Of a stretch of DNA of 15,764 nucleotides, positions 13,987 through 15,764 are shown in pieces. The first letter of the stretch is position 1, and every line of letters begins with the position of its first letter. The notes beneath the pieces were generated by a model, which worked only from the letters and a program-made list of their open reading frames with translations, made no database searches and was not told the DNA's origin. This DNA comes from an uncultured Gemmatimonadales bacterium (GTDB taxonomy: Bacteria > Gemmatimonadota > Gemmatimonadetes > Gemmatimonadales > GWC2-71-9), in assembly GCA_963825055.1 (NCBI GenBank), contig CAWGSK010000005.1, positions 1 to 15,764 of the forward strand, written 5' to 3'. The position numbers and the translations under genes were made by a program.

Positions 13987-14977
13987 CTCTGTAGTCCTTC
14001 TCCCCCTCCGGCCTGTTCTGCAGGACTTCCTCAATCCGCTCCACCACCTCTGGCGTCAGGGCAGGGACGAGGCTCAGCGCGGCCATGTTCTCGTCGACCT
14101 GGTCCGGGTGTGACGCGCCGGTGATGGTGGTGCTGACGTGGGGATTGAGCAGGGTCCACGCGATGGCGAGCTGGGCGAGCGTGGCGCCCAGATCCTGCGC
14201 GATGGGCGCGAGGCGGCGCACCTTCTCGATCCGGTCCTGTCCTTCCTCACTTTCCAGCCGGTCCCGCAGCATGCCGTACCCCTCGAGTGACAGGCGGCTG
14301 CCCTCGGGGATGCCGTCGTTGTATTTCCCGGTCAACAGGCCGCTCGAGAGCGGACTCCAGACCGTGAGGCCGAGTCCGACGTCACGGTAGAGCCGGGCAA
14401 AATCACGCTCCACTTTGTCCCGGACGAACATGTTGTACTGGGGCTGCTCCATGGTGGGGGGCACGAGGTGTTCCTGCCGCGCGACCGCGTGGGCCACGCG
14501 GATCTGTTCCGCCGTCCACTGGCTCGTGCCCCAGTAGAACGCCTTGCCCTGGTCAACCAGCCAGGACATTGCGCGAACCGTCTCTTCAATGGGCGTCTCG
14601 GGATCCGGTCGGTGGCAGAAGAGCAGGTCCACATAGTCCATGCCCAGGCGGTCGAGGGAGGCCATGGTCCCCTCGATGAGGTGCTTGCGGCTCAGGCCCT
14701 GGTCATTCGGGCCGCTGCCGCCCCAGAACATCTTGGTGGAAATGATCAGGTCGGAGCGCTTCCAGCCCGCCTTGCGGATGAGGCGCCCCATGACTTCCTC
14801 GGCACGGCCGCCCGCGTAGGCTTCCGCGTTATCGAAGAAGTTCACGCCGTGGTCCCGCGCCCGGGTAAGACAGGCCAGGGCCATGTCCTCGTCGACCTGG
14901 TCCCCGAGGGTGACCCACGCCCCGAAGGACAGCGCCGAGATCCGGAGTCCGGCGCTGCCGAGGCGACGGTATTCCAT
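13982..14977 (-). CDS. Aldo/keto reductase (Kv-beta-like subfamily)
   Basis: 331 aa. [21 protein letters not shown] start, FFDNAEAY (Asp, Tyr), IISTK (Lys), [25 protein letters not shown] and [13 protein letters not shown]. Confidence 0.95.
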   Translation of the reverse strand: MEYRRLGSAGLRISALSFGAWVTLGDQVDEDMALACLTRARDHGVNFFDNAEAYAGGRAEEVMGRLIRKAGWKRSDLIISTKMFWGGSGPNDQGLSRKHLIEGTMASLDRLGMDYVDLLFCHRPDPETPIEETVRAMSWLVDQGKAFYWGTSQWTAEQIRVAHAVARQEHLVPPTMEQPQYNMFVRDKVERDFARLYRDVGLGLTVWSPLSSGLLTGKYNDGIPEGSRLSLEGYGMLRDRLESEEGQDRIEKVRRLAPIAQDLGATLAQLAIAWTLLNPHVSTTITGASHPDQVDENMAALSLVPALTPEVVERIEEVLQNRPEGEKDYRE

Positions 14978-14993
14978 GGGGTCTCCTGGGTGA

Positions 14994-15695
14994 TCAGCGA
15001 CGGGCGGCGGCGAGGCTGTCCATCAGCATTCTCGCCACCTTGCCCGCCGACTGCGGGTTCTGACCGGTGATGAGGTTGCCGTCCGCCACGGCGGTCTCCG
15101 TGAACGGTTCGCCGCGGTTCACTTCCGCCCCGAGTGCCTCGAGCCGCTCGTCCAGGAAGAAAGGTACCTTGTCTTCCAGCCCCACCTTCTTCTCTTCCGC
15201 CCGGGTGAAGGCGCTCACCGTCCGCCCCCGGACCACCGGCTCGCCCTCGTCGGTGGTGGCGGAAACGAGACCGGCCGGCCCGTGGCAGACCGCCGCCACG
15301 GGCCTGCCCTCGGCGAGCATGCGGCTCACGCCGCGGGCCAGCGCCTCGCTGCCGGGCATGTCCCACATGGTGCCATGTCCGCCCGGGAGAAAGATGGCAT
15401 CGTACCGGCCGAAGTCCACCTGGTCCACTGCCACCGTCTCTGACAGCAGGGCCTGGGCCTTGACGTCGGCGGCATAGCGGGCGTTGGGCGCGTCCTGGCA
15501 GGCATCGTCGGTGGTGCTCCTGGGATCGAGCGGGACCTGACCGCCTCCCACGGAGACCACATCCACCTTGAGCCCGCCATCCAGCAGCGCGTAATACGGC
15601 TCGGTGAATTCGCTGAGCCACAGTCCCGTCGGTTCATCACTGCCGCCCATGGTGGCGCTCGACGTCAGTACCATCAGGATCCTCGGGGTGGTCAT
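14994..15695 (-). CDS. DJ-1/PfpI family type-1 glutamine amidotransferase-like protein (Hsp31/glyoxalase III-like)
   Basis: 233 aa with TGLWLSE (Glu), [19 protein letters not shown] (Cys-His) and [19 protein letters not shown] upstream, and it ends 16 nt before the AKR gene. Confidence 0.93.
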   Translation of the reverse strand: MTTPRILMVLTSSATMGGSDEPTGLWLSEFTEPYYALLDGGLKVDVVSVGGGQVPLDPRSTTDDACQDAPNARYAADVKAQALLSETVAVDQVDFGRYDAIFLPGGHGTMWDMPGSEALARGVSRMLAEGRPVAAVCHGPAGLVSATTDEGEPVVRGRTVSAFTRAEEKKVGLEDKVPFFLDERLEALGAEVNRGEPFTETAVADGNLITGQNPQSAGKVARMLMDSLAAARR

Positions 15696-15764
15696 CGTTC
15701 CTCCTCATGCGGGAAACCGTTGCGGATATCAACTATGGTCCCGGGGACGGGAATGCGCCGTGAT

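Overview
GC-rich bacterial window. The kinase/TPR and lipoprotein gene content suggests Gemmatimonadota, which is an inference. The left ~3.2 kb is an accessory region of visibly lower GC lying off the 3' end of a minus-strand tRNA-Pro(GGG). It holds a minus-strand integron-type cassette array: an attI-like core site (GTTAGGT, 2508-2502), a cassette encoding a secreted TonB-C-like protein closed by a 138-bp attC (1915-2052), and then a CBASS anti-phage operon. The operon is a patatin phospholipase (CapE-like) plus a CdnE-like CD-NTase that runs off the left edge and is missing from the supplied ORF track. No intI is present. A small excisionase-like HTH gene with a palindromic operator sits where a divergent intI would normally be. 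Upstream of the tRNA is a diverged ~147-bp tandem duplication that includes the tRNA 5' end. The rest encodes a secreted papain-like protease, a mirror-image locus of two divergent membrane Ser/Thr kinases each followed by an uncharacterised lipoprotein, and a DJ-1/PfpI plus aldo-keto reductase operon.
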